From contig OZ024742.1 of the NCBI GenBank assembly GCA_964016885.1, forward strand, positions 223,200,001 through 223,264,000: DNA of 64,000 nucleotides, given 5' to 3'. This DNA comes from Eledone cirrhosa. Lineage: Eukaryota. The notes under the pieces were generated by a model. It searched no databases and was not told the origin of the DNA. It was given only the letters and a program-made list of their open reading frames with translations. A program made the position numbers and the translations under genes. Shown here piece by piece: positions 1-14,900 of this stretch (positions are counted from its first letter, which is position 1; each line of letters opens with the position of its first letter).

Positions 1-3000
1 CCACACCCTCTACACCAATGCCTCCACCACACCCTCTACACCAATCCCTCCAACACACCCTCTACACCAATCCCTCCACCACACCCTCTACACCAATCCC
101 TCCACCACATCCTCTACACCAATCCCTCCACCACATCCTCTACACCAATCCCTCCACCACACCCTCTACACCAATCCCTCCACCACACCCTCTACACCAA
201 TGCCTCCACCACACCCTCTACACCAATCCCTCCACCACACCCTCTACACCAATCCCTCCAACACACCCTCTACACCAATCCCTCCAACACACCCTCTACA
301 CCAATTCCTCCACCACACCCTCTACACCAATCCCTCCACCACACCCTCTACACCAATCCCTCCACCACACCCTCTACACCAATCCCTCCACCACACCCTC
401 TACACCAATCCCTCCACCACACCCTCTACACCAATCCCTCCACCACACCCTCTACACCAATCCCTCCACCACACCCTCTACACCAATCCCTCCACCACAC
501 CCTCTACACCAATGCCTCCACCACACCCTCTACACCAATCCCTCCACCACACCCTCTACACCAATGCCTCCACCACACCCTCTACACCAATCCCTCCACC
601 ACACCCTCTACACCAATGCCTCCACCACACCCTCTACACCAATCCCTCCACCACACCCTCTACACCAATGCCTCCACCACACCCTCTACACCAATCCCTC
701 CACCACACCCTCTACACCAATGCCTCCACCACACCCTCTACACCAATGCCTCCACCACACCCTCTACACCAATCCCTCCACCACACCCTCTACACCAATG
801 CCTCCACCACACCCTCTACACCAATCCCTCCACCACACCCTCTACACCAATGCCTCCACCACACCCTCTACACCAATCCCTCCACCACACCCTCTACACC
901 AATCCCTCCACCACACCCTCTACACCAATCCCTCCACCACATCCTCTACACCAATCCCTCCACCACACCCTCTACACCAATCCCTCCACCACACCCTCTA
1001 CACCAATGCCTCCACCACACCCTCTACACCAATCCCTCCACCACACCCTCTACACCAATTCCTCCACCACACCCTCTACACCAATCCCTCCACCACACCC
1101 TCTACACCAATGCCTCCACCACACCCTCTACACCAATTCCTCCACCACACCCTCTACACCAATGCCTCCACCACACCCTCTACACCAATCCCTCCACCAC
1201 ACCCTCTACACCAATGCCCTCCACCACACCCTCTACACCAATCCCTCCACCACACCCTCTACACCAATCCCTCCACCACACCCTCTACACCAATGCCTCC
1301 ACCACACCCTCTACACCAATCCCTCCACCACACCCTCTACACCAATGCCTCCACCACACCCTCTACACCAATCCCTCCACCACACCCTCTACACCAATGC
1401 CTCCACCACACCCTCTACACCAATCCCTCCACCACACCCTCTACACCAATTCCTCCACCACACCCTCTACACCAATCCCTCCACCACACCCTCTACACCA
1501 ATCCCTCCACCACACCCTCTACACCAATCCCTCCACCACATCCTCTACACCAATCCCTCCACCACACCCTCTACACCAATCCCTCCAACACACCCTCTAC
1601 ACCAATCCCTCCACCACACCCTCTACACCAATCCCTCCAACACACCCTCTACACCAATCCCTCCACCACACCCTCTACACCAATCCCTCCACCACATCCC
1701 TCTACACCAATCCCTCCACCACACCCTCTACACCAATTCCTCCACCACACCCTCTACACCAATCCCTCCACCACACCCTCTACACCAATCCCTCCACCAC
1801 ACCCTCTACACCAATCCCTCCAACACACCCTCTACACCAATCCCTCCACCACACCCTCTACACCAATCCCTCCACCACATCCTCTACACCAATCCCTCCA
1901 CCACACCCTCTACACCAATTCCTCCACCACACCCTCTACACCAATCCCTCCACCACACCCTCTACACCAATCCCTCCACCACACCCTCTACACCAATGCC
2001 TCCACCACACCCTCTACACCAATCCCTCCACCACACCCTCTACACCAATGCCCTCCACCACACCCTCTACACCAATCCCTCCACCACATCCTCTACACCA
2101 ATCCCTCCACCACACCCTCTACACCAATCCCTCCAACACACCCTCTACACCAATCCCTCCACCACACCCTCTACACCAATCCCTCCAACACACCCTCTAC
2201 ACCAATCCCTCCACCACACCCTCTACACCAATCCCTCCACCACATCCTCTACACCAATCCCTCCACCACACCCTCTACACCAATCCCTCCAACACACCCT
2301 CTACACCAATCCCTCCACCACACCCTCTACACCAATCCCTCCACCACATCCTCTACACCAATCCCTCCACCACACCCTCTACACCAATCCCTCCAACACA
2401 CCCTCTACACCAATCCCTCCACCACACCCTCTACACCAATCCCTCCAACACATCCTCTACACCAATCCCTCCAACACACCCTCTACACCAATCCCTCCAA
2501 CACATCCTCTACACCAATCCCTCCAACACACCCTCTACACCAATCCCTCCACCACATCCTCTACACCAATCCCTCCACCACACCCTCTACACCAATCCCT
2601 CCAACACACCCTCTACACCAATCCCTCCACCACACCCTCTACACCAATCCCTCCACCACATCCTCTACACCAATCCCTCCACCACACCCTCTACACCAAT
2701 CCCTCCAACACACCCTCTACACCAATCCCTCCACCACACCCTCTACACCAATCCCTCCACCACATCCTCTACACCAATCCCTCCACCACACCCTCTACAC
2801 CAATCCCTCCAACACACCCTCTACACCAATCCCTCCACCACACCCTCTACACCAATCCCTCCACCACACCCTCTACACCAATCCCTCCACCACACCCTCT
2901 ACACCAATCCCTCCAACACACCCTCTACACCAATGCCTCCACCACACCCTCTACACCAATCCCTCCACCACACCCTCTACACCAATCCCTCCACCACATC

Positions 3001-5850
3001 CTCTACACCAATGCCTCCACCACACCCTCTACACCAATCCCTCCACCACACCCTCTACACCAATGCCCTCCACCACACCCTCTACACCAATCCCTCCACC
3101 ACATCCTCTACACCAATGCCTCCACCACACCCTCTACACCAATCCCTCCAACACACCCTCTACACCAATGCCTCCACCACACCCTCTACACCAATCCCTC
3201 CACCACATCCTCTACACCAATGCCTCCACCACACCCTCTACACCAATCCCTCCAACACACCCTCTACACCAATGCCTCCACCACACCCTCTACACCAATC
3301 CCTCCACCACACCCTCTACACCAATCCCTCCACCACACCCTCTACACCAATCCCTCCAACACACCCTCTACACCAATGCCTCCACCACACCCTCTACACC
3401 AATCCCTCCACCACACCCTCTACACCAATCCCTCCACCACACCCTCTACACCAATCCCTCCAACACACCCTCTACACCAATCCCTCCACCACACCCTCTA
3501 CACCAATCCCTCCACCACATCCTCTACACCAATGCCTCCACCACACCCTCTACACCAATCCCTCCACCACACCCTCTACACCAATCCCTCCACCACACCC
3601 TCTACACCAATGCCTCCACCACACCCTCTACACCAATGCCTCCACCACACCCCTCTACACCAATCCCTCCAACACACCCTCTACACCAATCCCTCCACCA
3701 CACCCTCTACACCAATCCCTCCAACACACCCTCTACACCAATGCCTCCACCACACCCTCTACACCAATCCCTCCACCACATCCTCTACACCAATGCCTCC
3801 ACCACACCCTCTACACCAATCCCTCCAACACACCCTCTACACCAATCCCTCCAACACACCCTCTACACCAATCCCTCCACCACACCCTCTACACCAATCC
3901 CTCCAACACACCCTCTACACCAATCCCTCCACCACACCCTCTACACCAATGCCTCCACCACACCCTCTACACCAATGCCTCCACCACACCCTCTACACCA
4001 ATCCCTCCAACACACCCTCTACACCAATCCCTCCACCACACCCTCTACACCAATCCCTCCAACACACCCTCTACACCAATGCCTCCACCACACCCTCTAC
4101 ACCAATCCCTCCACCACATCCTCTACACCAATGCCTCCACCACACCCTCTACACCAATCCCTCCAACACACCCTCTACACCAATGCCTCCACCACACCCT
4201 CTACACCAATCCCTCCAACACACCCTCTACACCAATCCCTCCACCACACCCTCTACACCAATCCCTCCACCACACCCTCTACACCAATCCCTCCACCACA
4301 CCCTCTACACCAATTCCTCCACCACACCCTCTACACCAATCCCTCCACCACACCCTCTACACCAATCCCTCCACCACACCCTCTACACCAATCCCTCCAA
4401 CACATCCTCTACACCAATCCCTCCAACACACCCTCTACACCAATCCCTCCACCACACCCTCTACACCAATCCCTCCACCACACCCTCTACACCAATCCCT
4501 CCAACACATCCTCTACACCAATCCCTCCAACACATCCTCTACACCAATCCCTCCAACACACCCTCTACACCAATCCCTCCACCACACCCTCTACACCAAT
4601 CCCTCCACCACACCCTCTACACCAATCCCTCCACCACACCCTCTACACCAATCCCTCCACCACACCCTCTACACCAATCCCTCCACCACACCCTCTACAC
4701 CAATCCCTCCACCACACCCTCTACATCAATGCCTCCACCACACCCTCTACACCAATTCCTCCACCACACCCTCTACACCAATCCCTCCACCACACCCTCT
4801 ACACCAATCCCTCCACCACACCCTCTACACCAATTCCTCCACCACACCCTCTACACCAATCCCTCCACCACACCCTCTACACCAATCCCTCCACCACACC
4901 CTCTACACCAATCCCTCCACCACACCCTCTACACCAATCCCTCCACCACACCCTCTACACCAATCCCTCCACCACACCCTCTACACCAATCCCTCCAACA
5001 CACCCTCTACACCAATTCCTCCACCACACCCTCTACACCAATCCCTCCACCACACCCTCTACACCAATCCCTCCACCACATCCTCTACACCAATCCCTCC
5101 AACACACCCTCTACACCAATTCCTCCACCACACCCTCTACACCAATCCCTCCACCACACCCTCTACACCAATCCCTCCACCACATCCTCTACACCAATCC
5201 CTCCACCACACCCTCTACACCAATCCCTCCACCACACCCTCTACACCAATCCCTCCACCACACCCTCTACACCAATCCCTCCACCACATCCTCTACACCA
5301 ATCCCTCCAACACACCCTCTACACCAATCCCTCCACCACACCCTCTACACCAATCCCTCCACCACATCCTCTACACCAATCCCTCCAACACACCCTCTAC
5401 ACCAATGCCTCCACCACACCCTCTACACCAATTCCTCCACCACACCCTCTACACCAATCCCTCCACCACACCCTCTACACCAATCCCTCCACCACACCCT
5501 CTACACCAATCCCTCCACCACATCCTCTACACCAATCCCTCCAACACACCCTCTACACCAATCCCTCCAACACACCCTCTACACCAATCCCTCCACCACA
5601 CCCTCTACACCAATCCCTCCAACACACCCTCTACACCAATCCCTCCACCACACCCTCTACACCAATCCCTCCACCACACCCTCTACACCAATGCCTCCAC
5701 CACACCCTCTACACCAATCCCTCCAACACACCCTCTACACCAATCCCTCCAACACACCCTCTACACCAATTCCTCCACCACACCCTCTACACCAATCCCT
5801 CCACCACACCCTCTACACCAATGCCTCCACCATACCCTTTACACCAATCC
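1..5850. repeat. 26-bp tandem satellite (CCACCACACCCTCTACACCAATCCCT)n, roughly 225 copies, truncated by the window start
   Basis: Direct periodicity. All three + frames give the same 26-aa cyclic peptide (3 x 26 nt). The array decays into a diverged C/A-rich seed at about 5830-5960. Confidence 0.97.
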
Positions 5851-6010
5851 CCCCACCCTCTACTCTACAACCATCACCACACCCTCTACATTACAACCTC
5901 CAACACACCCACTACAACCTCCACAATACCTCTACAATAATTCTTCCACCCCTCCTCTACAACCATTCCTTACTCAACAAACAAGACGAGAGTCTGTATG
6001 GGTCAATTGA

Positions 6011-6196
6011 AATAATTGTTTCTACTTTTGGCACAAGGCCAGCAATTATCTCAGTGCATTACTGGTATTTTATTTTCTCAACCCCCATAAGGATGAAAAG
6101 CAAAGTTAATCTTGGCAGGATTTGAACTCAGACCGTAAATGGCCGTAACTCTATGCTGCAATGCATGGCGTCTGATCCTCTGCCAATCCACCATCC
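6011..6196 (-). mobile_element. tRNA-derived SINE, family A
   Basis: Minus strand has a B box (GAGTTCAAATCC), then AACTTTGCTTTTCATCCTT and a 3' end GGCCTTGTGCCAAAAGTAGAAACAATT. About 10 related copies occur in the window. Confidence 0.85.
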
Positions 6197-6408
6197 TGAA
6201 ATAATGAACGCCAAGTCATAGTTTGGTAACCATCAACATTCAAGGTTAAGCTAAGATGGTGGAGGTGGTGGAGCACTGAACAAATCAATTACTCTCTCTC
6301 CACATATATCAGTTCATTCACATTTAGAGTTAGGTAATCCTTTTGTGGGTGGAATATTGAGGTTTAAGCCAACCAACATCATTGTTTTCATGTACATATG
6401 TATACTCA

Positions 6409-6444
<36 letters not shown>

Positions 6445-6499
6445 ATACTTTGTTGTTGTAGCTTACCTATGCACAATTTTCAAATGTTTTAATGATAAA

Positions 6500-6748
6500 A
6501 GTCTGTCCTAAGCCAGAAGGCTCATTAGATCGGCGCTTATCCTGGTTTCATGGCGTGAAGTGACTGAGAGTGCAAGACTCCCCCATGGATAGGGCACCAG
6601 TCTATCGTAGGGTTAAACTCCCAGTTATTGCTGGTACTCATTTTCAGCTGAGTATACTGGAGCAATGTGAAATGAAGTGTTTTGCTCAAGAACACAATGC
6701 GCAACCCAGCTCAGGAATCAAACCTATGACATTATGATTGTAAGTCCA
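6500..6748 (-). mobile_element. tRNA-derived SINE, family B (central domain shared with family C)
   Basis: Minus strand begins GGAGACACATGGCCTAGTGGTAGGG (A box), has GGTTTGATTCC (B box), then TTGTGTTCTTGAGCAAAACACTTCATTTCACATTGCTCCAG. Confidence 0.75.
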
Positions 6749-7083
6749 TTAACCCTACCACTAGGCCATGTGTCTCCATGATAGAAGCATGCATACTTAA
6801 GGGTTGAGTAGACTCTTCAGGTGTGTCTATCTAGTGATGCTATCATAAAATGCACCCAGTATACTCTGTAAAGTAGTTGGTGATAGAATGGTTATCCAGT
6901 TGTTCAAACTATGTCAAAACTGGAACATGTGGGAGTGTGATGTGGGAGTGTGATAGTCGTGGTGTGGGATTAAGTCCTGATTTGCTCTGTGATGTCCAGG
7001 CTAGCATGGAAAATCAACACTACTAAATTATAAAGTGTTCTTTGTGTGTGTGTGTGAGTGATCCTGTATGTAATGTAAAATAG

Positions 7084-7264
7084 AGTTTCTACTTTTGGCA
7101 CAAGGCCAGCGATTACCCCCACTGCACCACTGGTACTTTATTTTATCGACCTCGTAAGGATGAAAGGCAAAGTTAAGCTCGGCAGATTTGAACTCAGAAC
7201 ACAAAGGGCCATAACTATGCTGCAAAACATGGTGTCTGACGCTCTACCGATACTGCCAAACCAC
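7084..7264 (-). mobile_element. SINE family A with 12-bp TSD
   Basis: A and B boxes on the minus strand. Flanking direct repeat AATGTAAAATAG at 7072-7083 and 7265-7276. Confidence 0.88.
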
Positions 7265-7338
7265 AATGTAAAATAGGATATATGATAAGGAAAGATAAAT
7301 ACTGAATGAAAGTTATTTTATAGAACTGTTTAGATAAT

Positions 7339-7518
7339 TGTTTCTACTTTAGGCACAAGGCCAGCAATTACCCAGTACATTACTGGTACTTTATTTTATC
7401 GACCACGTAAGGATGAAAGGCAAAGTTAACCTCGGCGGGATTTGAACTCAGACTGTAAAGGGACGTAACTATGCTAGAAAGCATGGCGTCCAACCGATAC
7501 TGCCAATTCACTGCCCTT
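7339..7518 (-). mobile_element. SINE family A with 18-bp TSD
   Basis: TAGAACTGTTTAGATAAT at 7321-7338 and 7519-7536. Confidence 0.9.
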
Positions 7519-7692
7519 TAGAACTGTTTAGATAATGGCGATAAAATTGCACAGTTTCTTCTTTGGTAAATCAGTGCCGACATTTCTCTTATTGCTTCTT
7601 TCATTTACACCATTTCCTTATGGTTCACATGTTCACATCTGAAGAATTCATTTGACTCATAAGGTTGTTGAGATTCTTATATAACCTCATAT

Positions 7693-7727
<35 letters not shown>

Positions 7728-7838
7728 CAAACATCTTCAATGCTACACATACACACTCACATAGCAACAGGCAGCTACACACACACAGCTATAGACAGTC
7801 GCCATATATTGATCAAAGAAGGACGGTCTCCTCGCCCA

Positions 7839-8476
7839 TTAAACCCTTTTGATACCAAACGACCTGAAACTACCCTTGTTTCTATGATATAACACTTTAT
7901 TTTAAGATGTTTGTATTTATCTAAAAGCCTTCCATCACAATTTTATATAAGAACCTTTATTATGTTCAAAACGCCAGATAAAAAAATGAGGAAGTTAGTT
8001 ATATTACAAAATCTCTCCATATTCTCGATTATTTTCAAAATTAATTGAAAAGTCTAGGCTGTGTCTTTCATTAGAAATATGGTAACAAAAACTTTAAAGT
8101 ATTTATGTTTATCTAAAAATCATCCATTATAATTTGATGTAAGAACCTTTGTTGAGCAATGTTCCAAAGACCAGATAAATAATTGTTTCTATTTTTGGCA
8201 CAAGGGCAGCAATTACCCTAGTGCATTACTGGTGCTTTATTTTATTAACCCTGTAAGGATGAAAGGCAAAGTTAACCTCAACAGGATTTGAACGCAGAAC
8301 GTAAATGGCCATAACTCTACGCCACAAAGCATGGTGTCTGATGCTCTACCGATACTGCCAGATAAATAACGAGAAAGTTATATTACTAAGTCCCTCCAAA
8401 TTCTTGATCATTTTGAAAGTGATTTAAAAATCATAACCAGTGTCTTTCATTAGAAATAGAGTAATGAAAGGGTTAT
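7839..8476. mobile_element. Decayed piggyBac-type MITE (second family) with internal duplication and a nested SINE
   Basis: Ends TTAAACCCTTTT and AAAGGGTTA. Related sequence occurs inverted at about 28912-29100 and partially at about 31916. Confidence 0.55.
8183..8357 (-). mobile_element. SINE family A nested in the MITE, 12-bp TSD
   Basis: CCAGATAAATAA at 8171-8182 and 8358-8369. Confidence 0.85.
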
Positions 8477-8739
8477 TACAAAGAATTATTCATTTCTGCT
8501 TCACTTATTTTTCCTAATTTGTATTTTCTAAATTGACAATATTGATCTTGTATTATCGATGACTGGAATAAATATGGATTGATTGGAATTGCTGGCTATA
8601 TTAATTTTGCTATAATGTATTTCTTTTGCCACTCATCATCCTTCTCAAAACCACCACCACTGCTGCTGATTCTACAAAAGAGATCAATAAAATAAGCCCC
8701 AGGCTTCATAGAATTAACTAAAACCCTTCAAGATACTGT

Positions 8740-9365
8740 CCCAGAAAAGGGCATCCAGCTGTAGAAAACCAGCTAGAAACAGTCCTATATGAGCGAGACA
8801 TGGGCACCTGACCCAACTTGCCTCTAAATGGGACAAACCTGTCTAACCCATGCTAGTGTGGAAGATAGATGTTAAACAATGATGATGATGATGATGATGA
8901 TGGTTATGCAAAGTGGTAGTACTGGTGCCACAATAAAGTACCCTCAGCACACTCTTTAAAGTGGTAATGCTGGTGCCGTAATAAAATACTCTCAGCACAC
9001 TTTGTAAAGTGATAGTATAGGTGCCATAATAAATTCCACTCCAACACTAGGCACAATAAAATGTGCCTAGTCCATTCTGTAAAGTGGTAGTGCTGTTGTC
9101 AATAAAATGTACTCATTACACATTGTAAACTGGTGGTGCTGGTGTTACAATAAAATATACTCAGTATGCACTATAAAGTGGTAGTGCTGGTGTCACAATA
9201 AAATGCATCCAGTATACTCTGTAAACTCGTCAGTGTTAAAAAAGCAATCCAGCTGGAATGTACAAGTGAGGACGGTAACTCCAAATATGAACTGACTAGG
9301 TCTGTGATGACCCATCCAATCATTGCTAGCAGAGAAAGTGGACATATAATAATGATGATGTTGAT
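8740..9365 (+). mobile_element. SINE 3' parts with RTE-like (GAT)n tails and about 7 diverged tandem 45-50-bp internal units
   Basis: Repeated AAAGTGGTAGTGCTGGTGYCACAATAAAATG...CAGYACACTCTGT units. Tail CCATGCTAG...GGAAR..GAYRT.AAA(GAT)n matches the RTE end at 45920-45975. Confidence 0.6.
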
Positions 9366-9424
9366 AATGAATATTCTATTATGTAATAAATTAAATGATT
9401 TTCAATATCTCTGGATTGACCTAA

Positions 9425-11635
9425 CTATCAGATGTCCTTATATATCACTGGTCACAGTGGAGTGACCAGACTATCAGATGTCCTTATACATCACTGGTCA
9501 CAGTGGTGTGACCAGACTATCAGATGTCCTTATACATCACTGGTCACAGTGGAGTGACCAGACTATCAGATGTCCTTATATATCACTGGTCACAGTGGAG
9601 TGACCAGACTATCAGATGTCCTTATACATCACTGGTCACAGTGGTGTGACCAGACTATCAGATGTCCTTATACATCACTGGTCACAGTGGTGTGGCCAGA
9701 CTATCAGATGTCCTTATACATCACTGGTCACAGTGGTGTGACCAGACTATCAGATGTCCTTATACATCACTGGTCACAGTGGAGTGACCAGACTATCAGA
9801 TGTCCTTATACATCACTGGTCACAGTGGTGTGACCAGACTATCAGATGTCCTTATATATCACTGGTCACAGTGGAGTGACCAGACTATCAGATGTCCTTA
9901 TACATCACTGGTCACAGTGGAGTGACCAGACTATCAGATGTCCTTATACATCACTGGTCACAGTGGTGTGACCAGACTATCAGATGTCCTTATACATCAC
10001 TGGTCACAGTGGAGTGACCAGACTATCAGATGTCCTTATATATCACTGGTCACAGTGGAGTGACCAGACTATCAGATGTCCTTATACATCACTGGTCACA
10101 GTGGAGTGACCAGACTATCAGATGTCCTTATACATCACTGGTCACAGTGGAGTGACCAGACTATCAGATGTCCTTATACATCACTGGTCTCAATGGAGTG
10201 ACCAAACTATTAGATGTCCTTATACATCACTGGTCACAGTGGAGTGACCAGACTATCAGATGTCCTTATATATCACTGGTCACAGTGGAGTGACCAGACT
10301 ATCAGATGTCCTTATACATCACTGGTCACAGTGGAGTGACCAGACTATCAGATGTCCTTATACATCACTGGTCACAGTAGAGTGACCAGACTATCAGATG
10401 TCCTTATACATCACTGGTCACAGTAGAATGACCAGACTATCAGATGTCCTTATACATCACTGGTCACAGTGGAGTGACCAGACTATCAGATGTCCTTATA
10501 TATCACTGGTCACAGTGGAGTGACCAGACTATCAGATGTCCTTATACATCACTGGTCACAGTGGAGTGACCAGACTATCAGATGTCCTTATATATCACTG
10601 GTCACAGTGGAGTGACCAGACTATCAGATGTCCTTATACATCACTGGTCACAGTGGTGTGACCAGACTATCAGATGTCCTTATACATCACTGGTCACAGT
10701 GGTGTGGCCAGACTATCAGATGTCCTTATACATCACTGGTCACAGTGGAGTGACCAGACTATCAGATGTCCTTATACATCACTGGTCTCAATGGAGTGAC
10801 CAAACTATTAGATGTCCTTATACATCACTGGTCACAGTGGAGTGACCAGACTATCAGATGTCCTTATACATCACTGGTCACAGTAGAGTGACCAGACTAT
10901 CAGATGTCCTTATACATCACTGGTCACAGTGGTGTGACCAGACTATCAGATGTCCTTATACATCACTGGTCACAGTGGTGTGGCCAGACTATCAGATGTC
11001 CTTATACATCACTGGTCACAGTGGAGTGACCAGACTATCAGATGTCCTTATACATCACTGGTCACAGTGGAGTGACCAGACTATCAGATGTCCTTATATA
11101 TCACTGGTCACAGTGGAGTGACCAGACTATCAGATGTCCTTATACATCACTGGTCACAGTGGTGTGGCCAGACTATCAGATGTCCTTATATATCACTGGT
11201 CACAATGGAGTGACCAGACTATCAGATGTCCTTATACATCACTGGTCACAGTGGTGTGGCCAGACTATCAGATGTCCTTATATATCACTGGTCACAATGG
11301 AGTGACCAGACTATCAGATGTCCTTATACATCACTGGTCACAGTGGAGTGGCCAGACTATCAGATGTCCTTATATATCACTGGTCACAGTGGAGTGACCA
11401 GACTATCAGATGTCCTTATACATCACTGGTCACAGTGGAGTGACCAGACTATCAGATGTCCTTATATATCACTGGTCACAATGGAGTGACCAGACTATCA
11501 GATGTCCTTATACATCACTGGTCACAGTGGAGTGACCAGACTATCAGATGTCCTTATACAGCACTGGTCTCAATGGAGTGACCAGACTATCAGATGTCCT
11601 TATATATCACTGGTCACAATGGAGTGACCAGACTG
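9425..11635. repeat. 46-bp minisatellite, about 48 copies, two internal hairpins per unit
   Basis: Unit GACTATCAGATGTCCTTATACATCACTGGTCACAGTGGAGTGACCA. Confidence 0.97.
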
Positions 11636-11992
11636 ACATATGGATCGACAGACAGACAGACAGGCAAACAGACTGTTAAGGAATATCATTACTTTATGGA
11701 TAATTCCTTTCCAAAGAATTGTCTGACCTTCAGTGGAACTCCCCAATCAACCAGTGATTCCTGTTAAAGGAACAGTGTTGGGCTTATTGGCTGATTGAAG
11801 GAATTAATTGATATTCTATTGAATTTTAATACTGAGTTATCTTGCAGAGATGTAGAACAAGCTATTGCTTTTGTTGTTGGTGTTGGTAGTGTTGTTGTTA
11901 GTGGGGGTGCTGCTGTTTGTGATGGTGTTACTGCTGTTGGTGGTGATGCTGTTCTTACTGCTACTGTTGTTTGTGGTGTTAGTGCTGCTGTT

Positions 11993-14900
11993 GGTGGTAC
12001 TACTGTTACTGCTGTTGGTGGTACTACTGTTACTGTTGTTGGTGGTACTACTGTTACTGCTGTTGGTGGTACTACTGTTACTGTTGTTGGTGGTACTACT
12101 GTTACTGCTGTTGGTGGTACTACTGTTACTGTTGTTGGTGGTACTACTGCTACTGCTGTTGGTGGTACTACTGCTACTGTTGTTGGTGGTACTACTGTTA
12201 CTGCTGTTGGTGGTACTACTGTTACTGTTGTTGGTGGTACTACTGTTACTGCTGTTGGTGGTACTACTGTTACTGCTGTTGGTGGTACTACTGTTACTGG
12301 TGTTGGTGGTACTACTGTTACTGTTGTTGGTGGTACTACTGTTACTGCTGTTGGTGGTACTACTGTTACTGGTGTTGGTGGTACTACTGTTACTGCTGTT
12401 GGTGGTACTACTGTTACTGGTGTTGGTGGTACTACTATTACTGCTGTTGGTGGTACTACTGTTACTGGTGTTGGTGGTACTACTGTTACTGCTGTTGGTG
12501 GTACTACTGCTACTGCTGTTGGTGGTACTACTGTTACTGGTGTTGGTGGTACTACTGTTACTGCTGTTGGTGGTACTACTGTTACTGCTGTTGGTGGTAC
12601 TACTGTTACTGCTGTTGGTGGTACTACTGCTACTGCTGTTGGTGGTACTACTGTTACTGCTGTTGGTGGTACTACTGTTACTGCTGTTGGTGGTACTACT
12701 GCTACTGCTGTTGGTGGTACTACTGTTACTGCTGTTGGTGGTACTACTGCTACTGCTGTTGGTGGTACTACTGTTACTGCTGTTGGTGGTACTACTGCTA
12801 CTGGTGTTGGTGGTACTACTGTTACTGCTGTTGGTGGTACTACTGTTACTGTTGTTGGTGGTACTACTGTTACTGCTGTTGGTGGTACTACTGTTACTGC
12901 TGTTGGTGGTACTACTGTTACTGCTGTTGGTGGTACTACTGTTACTGGTGTTGGTGGTACTACTGTTACTGCTGTTGGTGGTACTACTGTTACTGCTGTT
13001 GGTGGTACTACTGTTACTGTTGTTGGTGGTACTACTGCTACTGTTGTTGGTGGTACTACTGTTACTGCTGTTGGTGGTACTACTGCTACTGTTGTTGGTG
13101 GTACTACTGTTACTGGTGTTGGTGGTACTACTGTTACTGCTGTTGGTGGTACTACTGTTACTGCTGTTGGTGGTACTACTGTTACTGCTGTTGGTGGTAC
13201 TACTGTTACTGGTGTTGGTGGTACTACTGTTACTGTTGTTGGTGGTACTACTGTTACTGGTGTTGGTGGTACTACTGTTACTGCTGTTGGTGGTACTACT
13301 GCTACTGGTGTTGGTGGTACTACTGTTACTGCTGTTGGTGGTACTACTGTTACTGCTGTTGGTGGTACTACTGTTACTGCTGTTGGTGGTACTACTGTTA
13401 CTGCTGTTGGTGGTACTACTGTTACTGCTGTTGGTGGTACTACTGTTACTGTTGTTGGTGGTACTACTGTTACTGGTGTTGGTGGTACTACTGTTACTGC
13501 TGTTGGTGGTACTACTGTTACTGCTGTTGGTGGTACTACTGTTACTGCTGTTGGTGGTACTACTGCTACTGCTGTTGGTGGTACTACTGCTACTGTTGTT
13601 GGTGGTACTACTGTTACTGCTGTTGGTGGTACTACTGTTACTGGTGTTGGTGGTACTACTGTTACTGCTGTTGGTGGTACTACTGTTACTGCTGTTGGTG
13701 GTACTACTGTTACTGGTGTTGGTGGTACTACTGTTACTGTTGTTGGTGGTACTACTGTTACTGGTGTTGGTGGTACTACTGTTACTGCTGTTGGTGGTAC
13801 TACTGTTACTGCTGTTGGTGGTACTACTGTTACTGTTGTTGGTGGTACTACTNNNNNNNNNNNNNNNNNNNNNNNNNNNNNNNNNNNNNNNNNNNNNNNN
13901 NNNNNNNNNNNNNNNNNNNNNNNNNNNNNNNNNNNNNNNNNNNNNNNNNNNNNNNNNNNNNNNNNNNNNNNNNNNNNNNNNNNNNNNNNNNNNNNNNNNN
14001 NNNNNNNNNNNNNNNNNNNNNNNNNNNNNNNNNNNNNNNNNNNNNNNNNNNNCTACTGTTACTGCTGTTGGTGGTACTACTGTTACTGGTGTTGGTGGTA
14101 CTACTGTTACTGCTGTTGGTGGTACTACTGTTACTGCTGTTGGTGGTACTACTGTTACTGCTGTTGGTGGTACTACTGTTACTGCTGTTGGTGGTACTAC
14201 TGTTACTGGTGTTGGTGGTACTACTGCTACTGGTGTTGGTGGTACTACTGTTACTGTTGTTGGTGGTACTACTGCTACTGCTGTTGGTGGTACTACTGTT
14301 ACTGCTGTTGGTGGTACTACTGTTACTGCTGTTGGTGGTACTACTGTTACTGCTGTTGGTGGTACTACTGCTACTGCTGTTGGTGGTACTACTGTTACTG
14401 CTGTTGGTGGTACTACTGTTACTGGTGTTGGTGGTACTACTGTTACTGCTGTTGGTGGTACTACTGTTACTGCTGTTGGTGGTACTACTGTTACTGCTGT
14501 TGGTGGTACTACTGTTACTGCTGTTGGTGGTACTACTGTTACTGCTGTTGGTGGTACTACTGTTACTGCTGTTGGTTGGTACTACTGTTACTGCTTGTTG
14601 GTGGTACTACTGTTACTGCTGTTGGTGGTACTACTGTTACTGCTGTTGGTGGTACTACTGTTACTGGCTGTTGGTGGTACTACTGTTACTGCTTGTTGGT
14701 GGTACTACTGCTACTGCTGTTGGTGGTACTACTGCTACTGCTGTTGGTGGTACTACTGTTACTGCTGTTGGTGGTACTACTGTTACTGCTGTTGGTGGTA
14801 CTACTGTTACTGCTGTTGGTGGTACTACTGTTACTGCTGTTGGTGGTACTACTGTTACTGCTTGTTGGTGGTACTACTGTTACTGCTGTTGGTGGTACTA

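Noticed and set aside
18-6125. 1774-2035 aa Pro/His/Thr-rich ORFs
   Set aside because: The 26-bp unit is not a multiple of 3, and all three frames give the same peptide. This is a G-poor satellite that cannot form stop codons.
9570-11489. Repeated 87-aa ORFs
   Set aside because: Translations of the 46-bp minisatellite.
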